Positions 13,471-26,000 of a stretch of DNA of 64,000 nucleotides are shown one piece after another. How positions within the stretch are numbered: position 1 is the stretch's first letter; every line of letters begins with the position of its first letter. The notes below the pieces were generated by a model. It saw nothing but the letters and a program-made list of their open reading frames with translations. It did not search any database and was not told where the DNA came from. The stretch is taken from assembly GCA_965153455.1 (NCBI GenBank), contig OZ234493.1, positions 26,340,213 to 26,404,212 of the forward strand, in the 5' to 3' direction. A program made the translations under genes and the position numbers. Source of the stretch: Sphagnum compactum. Lineage: Eukaryota.

Positions 13471-13765
13471 TGTTTTCTAGTGAATGCTTGTTACAGGAAT
13501 GAATGGGATCCTTGGTATCAGTGATCAGTGGTTCTCAATTGGAGATTCACTCGTCTTCACAGTTCTTGGTCAGGTACGAACTTCCTTCAGGCTTTGATTA
13601 AATGTAATTGCAAGATTGTTTTCTAGTTAATGCTTGTTACAGGGATGAATCGGATCCTTGGTATCAGTGATCAGTGGTTCTCAATTGGAGATTCACTCGT
13701 CCTCTCAGTTCTTGGTCAGGTACAAACTTCCTTCAGGCTTTGATTAAATGTAAATTGCAAGATTG
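13471..13765 (+). repeat. Tandem duplication, 2 x ~146 bp
   Basis: TGTTTTCTAG...GGATCCTTGGTATCAGTGATCAGTGGTTCTCAATTGGAGATTCACTCGTC...TTGCAAGATTG starts at 13471 and again at 13617, with few substitutions. Confidence 0.95.
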
Positions 13766-15129
13766 AAATTAGCCTGTAGCTTTAGGTGTTTTCTGAGTCA
13801 CCCTAGTTGCTACTGATGGTCCTGATTGCCAATTCACATACTTGAATATCCCGCACGGGTCTGCATCAAATTTCGTCTCTCATATATCTTCTCAGCTGAC
13901 CTTCTGCTCCGTGAAAATCCGAACTATTTTTCTTGCCACAAGATTTTTGAGTCATTTGACTCAAAAATCTTGTGCTTACACTCACCCACAACCCCACCCC
14001 AAGTTCCAACTTACAACCCTAGCCATATTAAACAAAAGACAAAAATTGCAAACAATAAGTTCATAAGTATAAGTGCATGTTGTACAATCCAACTCTTGAG
14101 TCCAAACTCCAAACTCTCTAACATTCATTTTACACAAGATAACTCTCGAAACACCAAATAAAAATCTCCAAACCTACTCCATAGACCTGCATGACTTTTC
14201 AAAATATGTTTCAAAGCTGAAAACCAACCTATGTAATCATTTGACATGTGTGTTTCAACAAAATCGAAGAACCAATGTATACTTGCAATCCTTTTATGTG
14301 CAAAACTTGGTACATAAAGGAAAATGCCCCAACAAAAAGGGGACCAAGAAAAGAAATTTAAGCTGTCTCAATAAACAAACCATCTGCCATTAAACATCAA
14401 GGCAATATTAGGCCTTCGTGTCCTTCCACTTGGTGATGGCATCTTGAAAAGGAAAATTGCCAATTGTGTACATACTCTAAAGCCATAAATATTTGTGATT
14501 ACATAAAGATAATTGTGTATAAATGTCGGTTACTTGTAGAAATGGAGGTGTAGGTTTGGCTATTGCTCATTAGAAAAGGGAGTGAAGGTGGTGATCACTC
14601 ATGAAAAAAAGGAGTGGGAATGGCAAAAAGTTGATTAACAATGGGAATAGGAACAACTACAATGAGAATGATGACGGAGGCGGTGTTGCTACTTTGCAAA
14701 GAAACACCTTTTTTTTCATGCCTACAAGTAGCTTGTCCAAAAATTAAATAACCATTTGGGAATTTTTAGCTACAAAAAAAATGTTGTTCCTTAGTATTGG
14801 GATGGATCTTACACCTATGAGGTAGGTGTAAATGAATAGGTGCAAGGGCTTCTTTCCATTGGAAGGCTAAGCCTTTAACTTAGGAAGTTTGACCTCCAAC
14901 AATTGACTTTGGATGTTCCAGATTTGCATTTTAGTTTTGCAAAACAAGCAACTTACAAGTTGTACCATTACTTAAATGCACCCACAATAAAGATATTTAT
15001 TAAGTGCTACTTGCTGTGTGATTCCAGGACAAACAGACTAAAGTTTGGGCTAAAGTTTCTGGGGCGTGTACGACTCGTGACAACTGTGGCATCTCTTGTG
15101 GGAGTTGGTATCTACAATAGCTACTTAAA

Positions 15130-15360
15130 GCATGTCTCGTTACAGAAGATGTTCGTTTGGTCTAAAACAAGCAATTAAAAAATAAATGAACGTTTTAAGA
15201 AGTGCAATATTCTTTTTTGTATCAAAGACCCTTTTAATAAGGATGATGTATTATTCGAAAAACTTTTTGCAAACCTTGGCTTTTTAATTATGAAAAATCA
15301 ATTGTTATTATGGTTTGTGGAAATGTTTGGTTCAAACATTTAATTTTACATCTATGTCCC
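15130..15360 (+). mobile_element. hAT-like transposase fragment (decayed)
   Basis: Frame-broken reading KDPFNKDDVLFEKLFANLGFLIMKNQLLLWFVE...FKHLILHLCP resembles the segment following the BED finger in plant hAT transposases. Confidence 0.5.
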
Positions 15361-18300
15361 TTGTTTCCCAATAATACATCCTCATTGCAAATGTAAGGCA
15401 TGGACAAAAAGTATGATGGCCACATTTGGTCCAAGGTCATCACACCCAATATCAAAAATAATTTTGGTTTTAGCCTTAGGAAGGTTCGTTATTTGAATTG
15501 GGGCAGGTAATGTAGAAACCTAAAAATTGAATAGAAAAGTGTGAAGAATTGACAACCCAAAAACCAAAACCCATAACCAACATAAAATCAACAACTTCGA
15601 AAAAAATCATCAAGTTATTTTGCGATCATAACAGATGCAGCGTGAAACACAAAATGTGCATTATACATGTTGCACACATTGTAACCTTAATAGAGACCCA
15701 ATAACTAGGACAAAATGATGAAACACGAAACCAAGACCAACCAACGTAGATTTGAAGAAGTCGAAGATCACTCTTTCACAACACAAAAGGACTCTCTACA
15801 TTAATCCCACAAGCTTTGTAGAATGTAAGTAAAAAGGTTGAGAAGCTTACCTTCTTTTGCGTTATTGATGACTAGTTCCATAGCTTTTGTTTTTCGTCAT
15901 TAAGAAACTCATAAACTCACATTGATGATTGCAAAACCTTCAACAATCAACAAGATGGTGCCACAACATTCACCATGCAACATTCAGAAGCGCCAAGTTG
16001 CAAAAATGTTTGTTGAAAGTGATAGGATATAAGATTTGATAGACCACAAACAAGACGAACGGGGAGATGCAAAATGAAACACAAAACTAACCTAACCTTA
16101 AATGTAAAGCACACAATAACTTTTAAAACACTAACCTTAATGTATACCACCGCCAGGTATACGCTTACAAAGGTACTCGAATATTTGGCAAATACCTTTT
16201 CTTTTGTTTACCTCACGGGTTGGGTATGGGTATATATAAAGATTATATCTTGATGACAGGTATGAGGTGGGGGCAAATATGACAACATAGATTAATCTAG
16301 GGTATGAAGTGGGGACAGGTTTTTGAGAAGTTCACATCCATTGATTCTAATTATGTATACATGGGTTGATACTTGGTGAGGGTTTGGGGATTTTTTTGGT
16401 ACCCACCCCACACTGTTTACACTTACAATGTTAATTAATATTAAATTTTTGAAAAAAGTAAAATTTAGAGCCTAACATTGGGCTGTAGTCACAATCGGGG
16501 TACCCCAAAATGATTGTCACATGCCAAGGATTACAATTCACAAAATTCAAATATGAACTATTTTATCTTTTCACATTTGATTTTAAATTCAAGATTCCCA
16601 ATGAATTTTATGAGTTGTAATAAACAAAATGATAGTTAAAGTTAAAAATTTGGTGCACAATTTAATGTCCATAAGATTCCTAGAAAATCAATTTAGTCCT
16701 TAGTCACAACACTTGTAACATGATATAGAAATCAAAAGGACTAGTATACTTATGTCAAATTGCACCAAATTAAACCATGTACACAAATTGTTGTTAGATC
16801 AAATGGCATAAAATTAATTCCCTATACATTGTCCAAATTCTCTAATGGCAACATGTAGCCCTATCACCATGCAATATTTTTAGGCTACAAGCTTAAGGAC
16901 TAGTAAATGAACATTATTTAGTGTGTTTTCAAGCAAATATGAAACATCTAGATGTAAACTAATGTTGGATGTAATTTTTTGTATAAAATATTGAAATGTT
17001 TTCAAGTACATCCAACTAAAGTTACATGGGTTACATAGTCAAAATTGGTTTAAATTGTTTTCTTTGTAAAAAAGGACTCTAAAGTACTAGAATATTGATT
17101 CCTTTTGAGATACCCCCAATTGTGATTGCAGCCATTGATGTTAACTGAAGTTTGACAAAATGACAATGTTTAGCATGTATCTTTGTCTATCCTCTTTCAG
17201 AAAAAAAAAAGACAAAGATTATTTTTGTAGGTGTGAATTAAATTGCAAACTCCAAAAACAATATCAATATTAATTATTAAATCACATCACATGTGAACAT
17301 GGTAAAATAATGTTTAGAAAGTTGATGATATCTTGCAATGTTAGAAATAATTGTGACTCTTGACACTTCATTGATGTTAAAGGTGATGATGTTAAGGGCT
17401 TGACCATACCTTTAGAAGTTTGTTTTTTTCATTGAAAGAGTTTTTCAACGGATTGAAAAAATATACGCTATAAGTCTTCTTCCAACCCTAGCCTCCTTGA
17501 GCATTAAAATGTTCCTGGTTTCATGCGCTTGGTGGCTAGTACAATTATGTATTGTTTAGAGGTAGTTCATCATATATGTGGACAACAAGTAAAGGAAGAA
17601 TGAGCTAGTAGGCACCTTTTGCAAGGACTTGGAAAGTGGAAACTGACATATTTTAAGATATATTATTACTGGACCTCCTTGCAATTGGTGGGTCTCTTGC
17701 AAGCTTTGATAGCTTAATCTCATTTCTGCCCAAAAAACCACCAATTCAATTTTCTCCAATCTGAGAACAACACGTTTGAAAATTTTGATGGTGAGGACTG
17801 AAGATACAAACTTTTGCCTGCTGATAAGTTCATGGGCAGCCCTGTAAAAGTTCTGAACTATTCACAAACTTTCAGTTTCTGGGCCATTTTGCTACAAAAC
17901 ACATGCCTGGAAAAGTCCAATCATTCAAAATATGAAATTCAAACAAAAGGCAAAGTATTCTAAAAATACAGAATAGCAGGTTCCACAAAAAATATTTATT
18001 TTTAGACATGCTGAAATTTTCAAAAAATATTTTTCTCAAAGAAAATATATTTGTGTGAAGGAAAATGAAGCATCTTTTTGAATTATTCAGGGAAATTCTA
18101 TGTATCAAAATGTAATTTTCAAAATTAAATTATTCAGCAGAGACCTGACGAAACCTGCTATTCAATGATGATGAGAATCTTGATGCTCTGTTGGCTATCA
18201 AGTCACAAGTTATAAGCCAGAACCTTTGACCTTCATTTGCATAACTGACCTACTAGTCAGCACAAGGTGTCAACATCAGCTCTCATTGGCCCAAAGATTC

Positions 18301-18482
18301 CACAAACTTCACTTCTTGGATGAAAGTGTCATAGCCACTTTCTATTTAGATGAAAATAGGCCGGCTCAAGTCTCATTACTGTCAGCAATGCCCAGTAACT
18401 GGCTTGATGCTCCAGAACTTAGTCCAATGATGAAAGTGAAATTTGTTTTCTGGGGTATGAATAGCCATCGAACGGTTTTCTC

Positions 18483-18812
18483 CAGTGTTGGGTGGGTTTT
18501 TACTTTTATGAAGAAACTCCAGTTCCAGTTTTAAAAACAAATTAGAACTGGGTCTATTCCAGTGTTGGTCTGGTATATAGGATCAGAATTAACCCCTGGA
18601 TCTAATCACTTTTTGCCGAGACATGTATATATCTCAGTTCCCATTTAGAGGTCCACACATAAATAGAACATTTGGGTGTTGGTTATGGGTTGGATCATTA
18701 AAAAATAAAATCTGGTTCCAATTCTGGTTTTGCTTCTGAAAATTCAGTTTCAGTTGGATACTTACTAACCAGAATCATGGATGGTTACACACAAAGTTGA
18801 TACCCAACACTG
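18483..18812. mobile_element. hAT-type MITE with terminal inverted repeats
   Basis: Ends CAGTGTTGGGT (18483) and ACCCAACACTG (18812). Internal GGTTC/AGAAC repeats. Flanks GTTTTCTC / GTTTTTGT may be a decayed 8-bp TSD. Confidence 0.7.
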
Positions 18813-20026
18813 GTTTTTGTTATGAAAATATTGATTTTTCTAAGCTTAAAAAACAAGGGAGAAGCTATCCTCCCCCCCCCCCCCCCCCCCCCCCCCTCCC
18901 TCTTGAGCTCTGTGGGGCGCTTGTTTTGCTTGTCTTCTTGCACATGTTTTTGTACCTGCGTGGTTCTGCATGAAACCACGCAGCATGGTTTTCTTTCTAC
19001 ATGTTTTTTTAATCCTGCAAAAGAAATTAGCGCTGTTCTTTGAATTTAAGTTCATTTGTATATAATTCTGTTTTGCTGCCGTTCAACAGATTTAAAATCT
19101 GAACCTCCCAGGTGTAAACAGGGTACTAACTACTGGCATAGATTTCGACACTGGGAAGAGTGTGGTTTCTTTTCTATTTCAATAACTTTGACAGGGTAGA
19201 CGTCAAACCCTGCGCCAGAGCCACACGGTTCTATGCAGGGCAGCACTGTCAGGCCCAGAAAGGGCGCCGAACAGTGCTCGATTGGGAGGGGGGGGGGGAG
19301 GGGGAGAAGGAGCACATATTTAATGTCTCCTCAAAAACGACACTGTTGATATAGGAGGTCTCACTATGGGGGTCTTTTGGATTTGAGATTCTCAAGATCA
19401 ATGAGTCAGTCGAAAATTCGGAAGGCCCCCCATAGTAGGACATTGCCGTATGTAAAGTGACAATATTATTTTCTTGTTTTTAAAAGCCATTAATCATAAA
19501 ACTAAATCAAGTAAAATGGAGGTAAATCTTTGGTAAGTGAGAGAAAGTCGAATAGGACAGATTCAGGCTGAGGAAACGACTTGAAAATACAAATGAAAAA
19601 AAGTGCCAGTGCTTTTCGGATAGGTCTTGACAAACATGGCCATCTACAAAAGAGGCCTATTGCTGCAGGTTTGGCGGCGTGGAGGTCCCGGGTGGGGCTG
19701 TAGCATATACACAGATTACAAGGAACGAAGATAATACAACGAGGATGGTGTACAAAGTCGAAGTTTACTGCAAATATGCAACATGCACGTGGACCCAAGA
19801 TTGGTCGTGGTCTCATTGGGTGTGCAATCCTTCTCCCTTTGTCTCATCAGCTTCATAGCAGCCACCAGTGTGTGAATTGGATGAGAACTTTGTTGCACAC
19901 ACGAAGCACTAGCTTGACGCGAAAGGTCTTCAACTCTCAACCCATTTTCGACTGCCAAATATTCAACACAGTACCAAGCTGGAGCTCCAAATTACCTGCA
20001 AACGTCAATATCGCAGTCCTAGAATC

Positions 20027-23000
20027 ATGGGCAGTTGTCGTGGCTTCAAGGACGAGTGCAACACTCCTCAATTCCTCTTGGTCTGTAGACTTCAGCAGCT
20101 TCGTCTTGTTGCTTATGGTTGCAGCTTCACAAGCGGCCGCGTTATCAAGTATGCTTTGCTGTTTTGCACCTTCTTGAGCTTGTTCTGCTCATGTCTTACT
20201 TCCGCGCTCGCCCCTGCCCCGGCCCCCGCAATACCCCCCTTACCGGTTCCACTAGCCGATCTTCCTGGGAGCTGGAATGCCACGCTTATTGACGGAACTT
20301 GGAACTACTACGAGACAAAAGAGGGTGTGGGTTTTTTCATACACAATTTGCTGATGTCGAATCGAGATGTACATGATCAGTTATAAAATCAACAATAATG
20401 TTAATTCTTACCTACTACGCTCCGCAGCTCAGTGTTTTTTCTGGTTTTGGGATGTTGTCAAACTGGAGAGCATTAACTACAAGGTTTAACCATCAAATTT
20501 GCACTGTTGCCAAATCTGGTTAAACCTTGTGGCTGCCTTGGAGCATATGGTAAGAATATGATGATTTTAAAAATTGAAATCCGACAAATTTTTGCCATCA
20601 AAAAAGACATCCTTGGAATTGCTCGATTTTGTGGTCTGAATTTGTTTTGTACAGACAGAGTTATAGCACATTAGTTGTGCTTTGTTCTTTGTACAATGAT
20701 TTTCTTTTCAATCGTTTCACAAAATATATTAGAACAATAGGCCCGGTTAAGTCTTGGACGTATAAGTGGTCAGGAGGTAAGATTTCTTACAAAATGGATT
20801 ACAAAGCCTGTAATAGGCACTGGTGGCATACTTGTAACTAGATTGACAAAAGAAGTTTTTGCTGTGACTAGTAGGAAGTTTTGGGCTCTCCCCCATAGGA
20901 AACACATTGGTATCATATTCAGGCATAAAATTTAGGATTGAACTTGACCCAACGTCTGAGTGACATCTGGAGTACTACCTATGTGTGTATATGATGGATG
21001 GGGCATGTTCCATAGAAGTGCATGCATCAGCTATACGAGAAGTTCTAGATCCAGCAAGGAAAGTTTTTAGTTTGAAGTTAGAACCACTATAGATGGTAGA
21101 GTCATTCCGTGATTAGCTGCTTGTTTTCTCACAAGCTTATACACAACTTTTGTGTTTTGGTGCAGTGGATGCTATGCAAAGTCTATTGGCACATTGGAGC
21201 AACACTGCAACTAATTCATTTTCTTACAATTTGCCGGGTTGGACGAGCCAGCCCGACGTCAATTATCCTTGCTTTGACCAGGCTAATTGGCAAGGGGTTG
21301 CTTGCTATACCTCTGAAGACAGCTATAACGGCACTATATATTTCATTGTATCAGTAAGCTATATGTAAGGACCCTACTTTCAAACCTGCCCTTTATCAAG
21401 CATTAAATATCTCATTAAGTTCTGGGCTGACAGATCATGTCACTTTCTTCACCACAATATGTGACAGAATCTTCCAGTGACCAGAATGTATCCGTTGAAC
21501 ATGAATTTCCTTATAATTTTTGAATCTGCCACCCCAGAGCTTGATGTCATGGAATGGTCTCGCCCATTATGGTGGGTGTGTCACCTGGCTCACTCTGTGG
21601 GGCTCAGCTGACACCTTACCCAACAGAATGAGCAGGGGCTTGACCATTCCATAGTATGTTGCCACCGCATGAATGAATTCTGAGTATTTTCCGAGCTTGC
21701 TGGTTGCTCAGACTACCTACCATCAAGTTTTCTGTAGTATTTATGGAGCTATTTTCCACCAATTCCCCTTGAACGCCCAGTCTCTTGCTCCAATAATGTC
21801 CAATACAGTGCTTTAATTTCCTGTACTTGCTGTTATGTGAAGATCAATGTTATAAAAAAAGAATAAAAATCTCTTGCACTTACTACTAATTAGCAACCTT
21901 CCATGATTATGTTGCAGAGAATTATCAGGTATAGAACTTCAAGGTGGCCTGCCCCCTGCCATTGGGAATCTTTCCAATCTAGGAGGCTTGTAAGTTTTTC
22001 CTTACTTGTTGGATCCCTATCTGATCCTAATCTTAGGGATTTATGGACCATTGATACTGAAGCATTCAAAGAAATTTCCTAGTGTATTTGGAAGTTGCCT
22101 TATATCTATGAATATCCTCCTTGAAAAGGAGAGGGAATTCTTGAGCCTACTTATAAATAGGTGTAAGATCCCACCCACTCTTAAGGAGTAGGAGTAAGAA
22201 CCCTCCCCCTCCTACATCTCATGATCTACATATGTTTAGGTTAATGATAACAATTGCCTTGTGCTTATGATGGGTGGGGGACATTCCCAAAATGTGGGGT
22301 TGGATTCTATTATCACCTCATGCTAGCACCTTTGGCTCTACACAAATTTGCCAAGTACTATTCATGAGACAATCATGAGTTACATTATGTCCAATGGTTG
22401 ATAATACTTAGATTTGACATTTTTGGAAATTTTTGGCTGGTTGCTGCAAGCTACTCACTAGGTAGAAACAATTTTTAAGACCTTGGGAGAGAGCCCGTTG
22501 ATGTTTTTTAAAGTGGCATTTTCCTGAAATCACAAGGTGGTTGAATAAATTTGCACATTGTTGTGTTGTTTGCAGAATCTTGGTAGGGAATCCAAACCTT
22601 GGAGGTCCCATTCCAAAGGAGTTGGGAAGTTGTGCACAACTGTTACTCCTGTAAGAACCATTGTACCCATGGAGATTTTTTTAATTCCCAAGCAATTTAT
22701 GTTTACAACTACAACTCATATTCATAGAAGTAACCATGAGTTTTTCTCCTGCATGCAGTGAGAGAAATCTCCTTGATCTAAAGACTCACCACCAGTATTG
22801 CAATAAGATGGCAGGGATCTACATGATAACGCTTTTAATGGGATCATTCCTAGCACATTGGGACATTTGCAAGAGTTGGGACAACTGTAAGTATGATTTC
22901 AAGAAAACACCCAATACATTTTTCTTTGATTGGTAATCTTCCTGAGTCTAAATGAACATGGTTACAAGCAATGATATATGTTCCATGGTTAAAGTGTTTC

Positions 23001-26000
23001 AAAAAAAGAGGAAATCAAATACAATTTGCCAAGTATACATTATGGTCTAAACTTCACTTGTCTAAACAATGGAGACATATTCCTTGTATTGCAAAGATCA
23101 TAATCTTTCCATTTTTTTCCCCTTTGACTCCAAAGCCTAGTTGAAGCAGCAAATTGATTTCAAATTCAAAATCTTGCATCCTTAAAAAAATGTTATTAGT
23201 TGTTTTATAAGGAGCTAATGATGTTCAATAGAAGTGCCCATTTTCTTAGATTTCCATTTTTTTTGCCTTCCTCCCCTTTTTTGAGAGGTTATTTGATGAT
23301 AATGAAGGCCAATTATCCACAATAGGTTGGTATTTTTAGTTAATGAGCTTCACATGGTTTGTTGTCCTAACAATTTCTTTTTATTTTATCAGAGATTTTA
23401 GTGGCAATGAATTGATTGGGTCAATCCCTCCACAAGTGGGAAATATAAGCGGGTTAGAAACTTTGGAGCTGTACAACAATCGTCTCACTGGAACAATTCC
23501 AATTTCATCGACCAATAGTTATAATCTTGGTTTTGATAATTTGACAAGTTTGATGACATTGTGAGTGGCAATGTATAATCTCATCTTTAGGGCCTAATGC
23601 TTTTATGATTTTCATGTGCATCCAAATGTACCTAAGAATCTCATGTCTCAATCAAAGCCATCATGAACATTTGAGTAAATGAACTTTCCCAATTTCAAAA
23701 CTATATTTGTCATAGGAAAATGTCTCACAAGAAAAGGAATGGTCAAGTTAGGTTAGGGGATAAATGGGTATTGTAGGAATTGAAACACACTTTGGTGTCA
23801 TGTCATGGTGGAAGGGTCCTTGTTGATGCCCAATTTTTTTCAATTATATGAATTCGCCATCTTATTAAGCTAGTGAATCTCATAGCTTGTCTTCCTCTGA
23901 TGCAGGAAATTGCAAGAGAATTTGTTAAGTGGAGGACTACCCAATCTTCAAAGTGCATACAATCTTTTAGTATCGTGAGTGCATTGTCAACCAAAGTCGA
24001 CATGGCAATTGGTTTACTTGGTTTATATTTGGAGTTTGCATTTTATTCTAATTGAATGATTTGTGATCATGCAACGTTGGTTGTGTTAATTTTAGATGAC
24101 ATTACTTTTTACATTGACCATTGTGAACATTGAAAACTTCAACATTCCAAAATCTGATGTTTGCTATATAATTTGTAACCACCTGAATGGAAGGATACTT
24201 AAATTATCAAAGTTATAACATGTGCGGGGAAATTGTTCAGGAATTTTAGTTTCAACAACTTGAGCGGGATTGTGTCAATCAATTCAATTTTCAATTCAAC
24301 ATCTCCTCTTGGTATTCTGGATTTGTCATTCAATTCTTTCACCGGTGCTCTCCCCAATGTGAACATCTTTTCAAATTCATTGCAACAGTTGTGAGCTTTC
24401 TTTCTCTTACCTCTTTGAACTTCAACAAACTTATGGCACTTTAACACCAAACCTAGTAAAGTTATTAAAACGGGTATAAATGATGGAAATTTTTGAACCT
24501 TAAGAATACTTCAAAAGCAATGTCGTGTTAGACATTAAAATGTTAAAAATCCATCCCAAATTTCTAAAATTATGTGTTAATTATATGAAAAAGGCATCAA
24601 AATAGTGTCCTAAAAGACTCAAATGAACTTCACATGTTTATTTTTAATGACCTAAGAGACTTCCACTCTCTCTTAGCAACCTCTCTAGGATTGGGAAAAC
24701 TTAATTTGATGTTTTAAAAAGTTGTATTTGCACATTGGAGACCTATCTTTCTACACTATGGTTGTAATTGTTAAATTATAATAAAATTTTCACTTTTCTA
24801 CGGTAAAAGTTTGAGTGGTTTACAATGGCTACAAAAGTCCTTACTTTAAGCCCCCAAGTAGTTTGGGAAAGCTTAATGCATGTGGAATACGTAGGTTTGT
24901 TGAATAGTCCTTGCTTTTGACCACAAGAACTAAAAGAGTAAATTCATTTAGAACAAGATTAAAACAAGAGTTAATGAACACATGTTCAATGTATGTAATT
25001 GATTATCTTATAGGTTCTTTCAATTATAATTGGGGCAAGATTCAAAAATTGTCTTTTCATTATGGTTTAAGTCTCATTAAGCTATTTCAAGGTTTTTTTA
25101 AGCAAACCATTGAATGATTATTTGCAACATGCAGGGATTTGAGCAATAACCTTTTTGATCCAAGTACAACTTCCCAACCTTGGCTTTCAAACTTCCCACA
25201 TTTAAAAGCGTTGTGAGTATCCACATCAAGTTCTGATACCAATTTCAAATCGAGTTTCTTTTTTCTTATTTATTGTATAAAAAAATTGTTTTGTCATATT
25301 CCTTTGCAAAAAGTGGAGGATGTCAAATAAAAGTATCAATTAAACATGTGGTTTCATTGCTCCTAGGAATGTATATTTGCATTTTATGTATTGTTAATAT
25401 CTCATTCAAAACTAAAAGCTAAGGGTTTACAATATTTAAAAATATAATAATATGAAATATTTGTTTTCAGCATAAGCAAGTACAAGAGTTTCCTTATACC
25501 ATTATGGAAAGTTGGACAAACGCGAAAACTTCACAATGTGTATATCACTTAAAAAATAACTACACCCGAATGCTTCTAAATACCAACTATTATATAGATC
25601 ATCATGAAAAGAAAAGTGGGGAAAAGATTATAAAATCTTTATGTTAATTATGACTTGGCATGCAGGGGGTTGGCAAATATATCTCTACAGTTGTTGGCAA
25701 ATGTGTTACACAATGGTTTTATTGAACTTGGTTTTCTTCTTGATGGGCTCCCATCATTACAAACTTTGTGAGCACTATCATAGTCCCTTTTAACATGTTG
25801 CACTATAGTTAATGAAAGTTCATATCATGTCAATGGGCATCTTAACCATAAAATCAACTAATTATGTTGACATGTACAATGGAAATTACAAATTTGTATT
25901 GATATCATTTATACTCAACGTATCTTTAATTCAAAGAAATTCATTCCATCCAAGTTTACCATGTTTATGACCAAAAGGATATTAAGAATATATTTGTGTA

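Noticed and set aside
14410..14500. Minus-strand FPFQDAITKWKDTK, reminiscent of a hAT C-terminus
   Set aside because: Too short to call without an alignment.
21590..21610. miR160-like CCTGGCTC seed near the intron hairpin
   Set aside because: Only a short partial match; the rest does not fit the mature miRNA.
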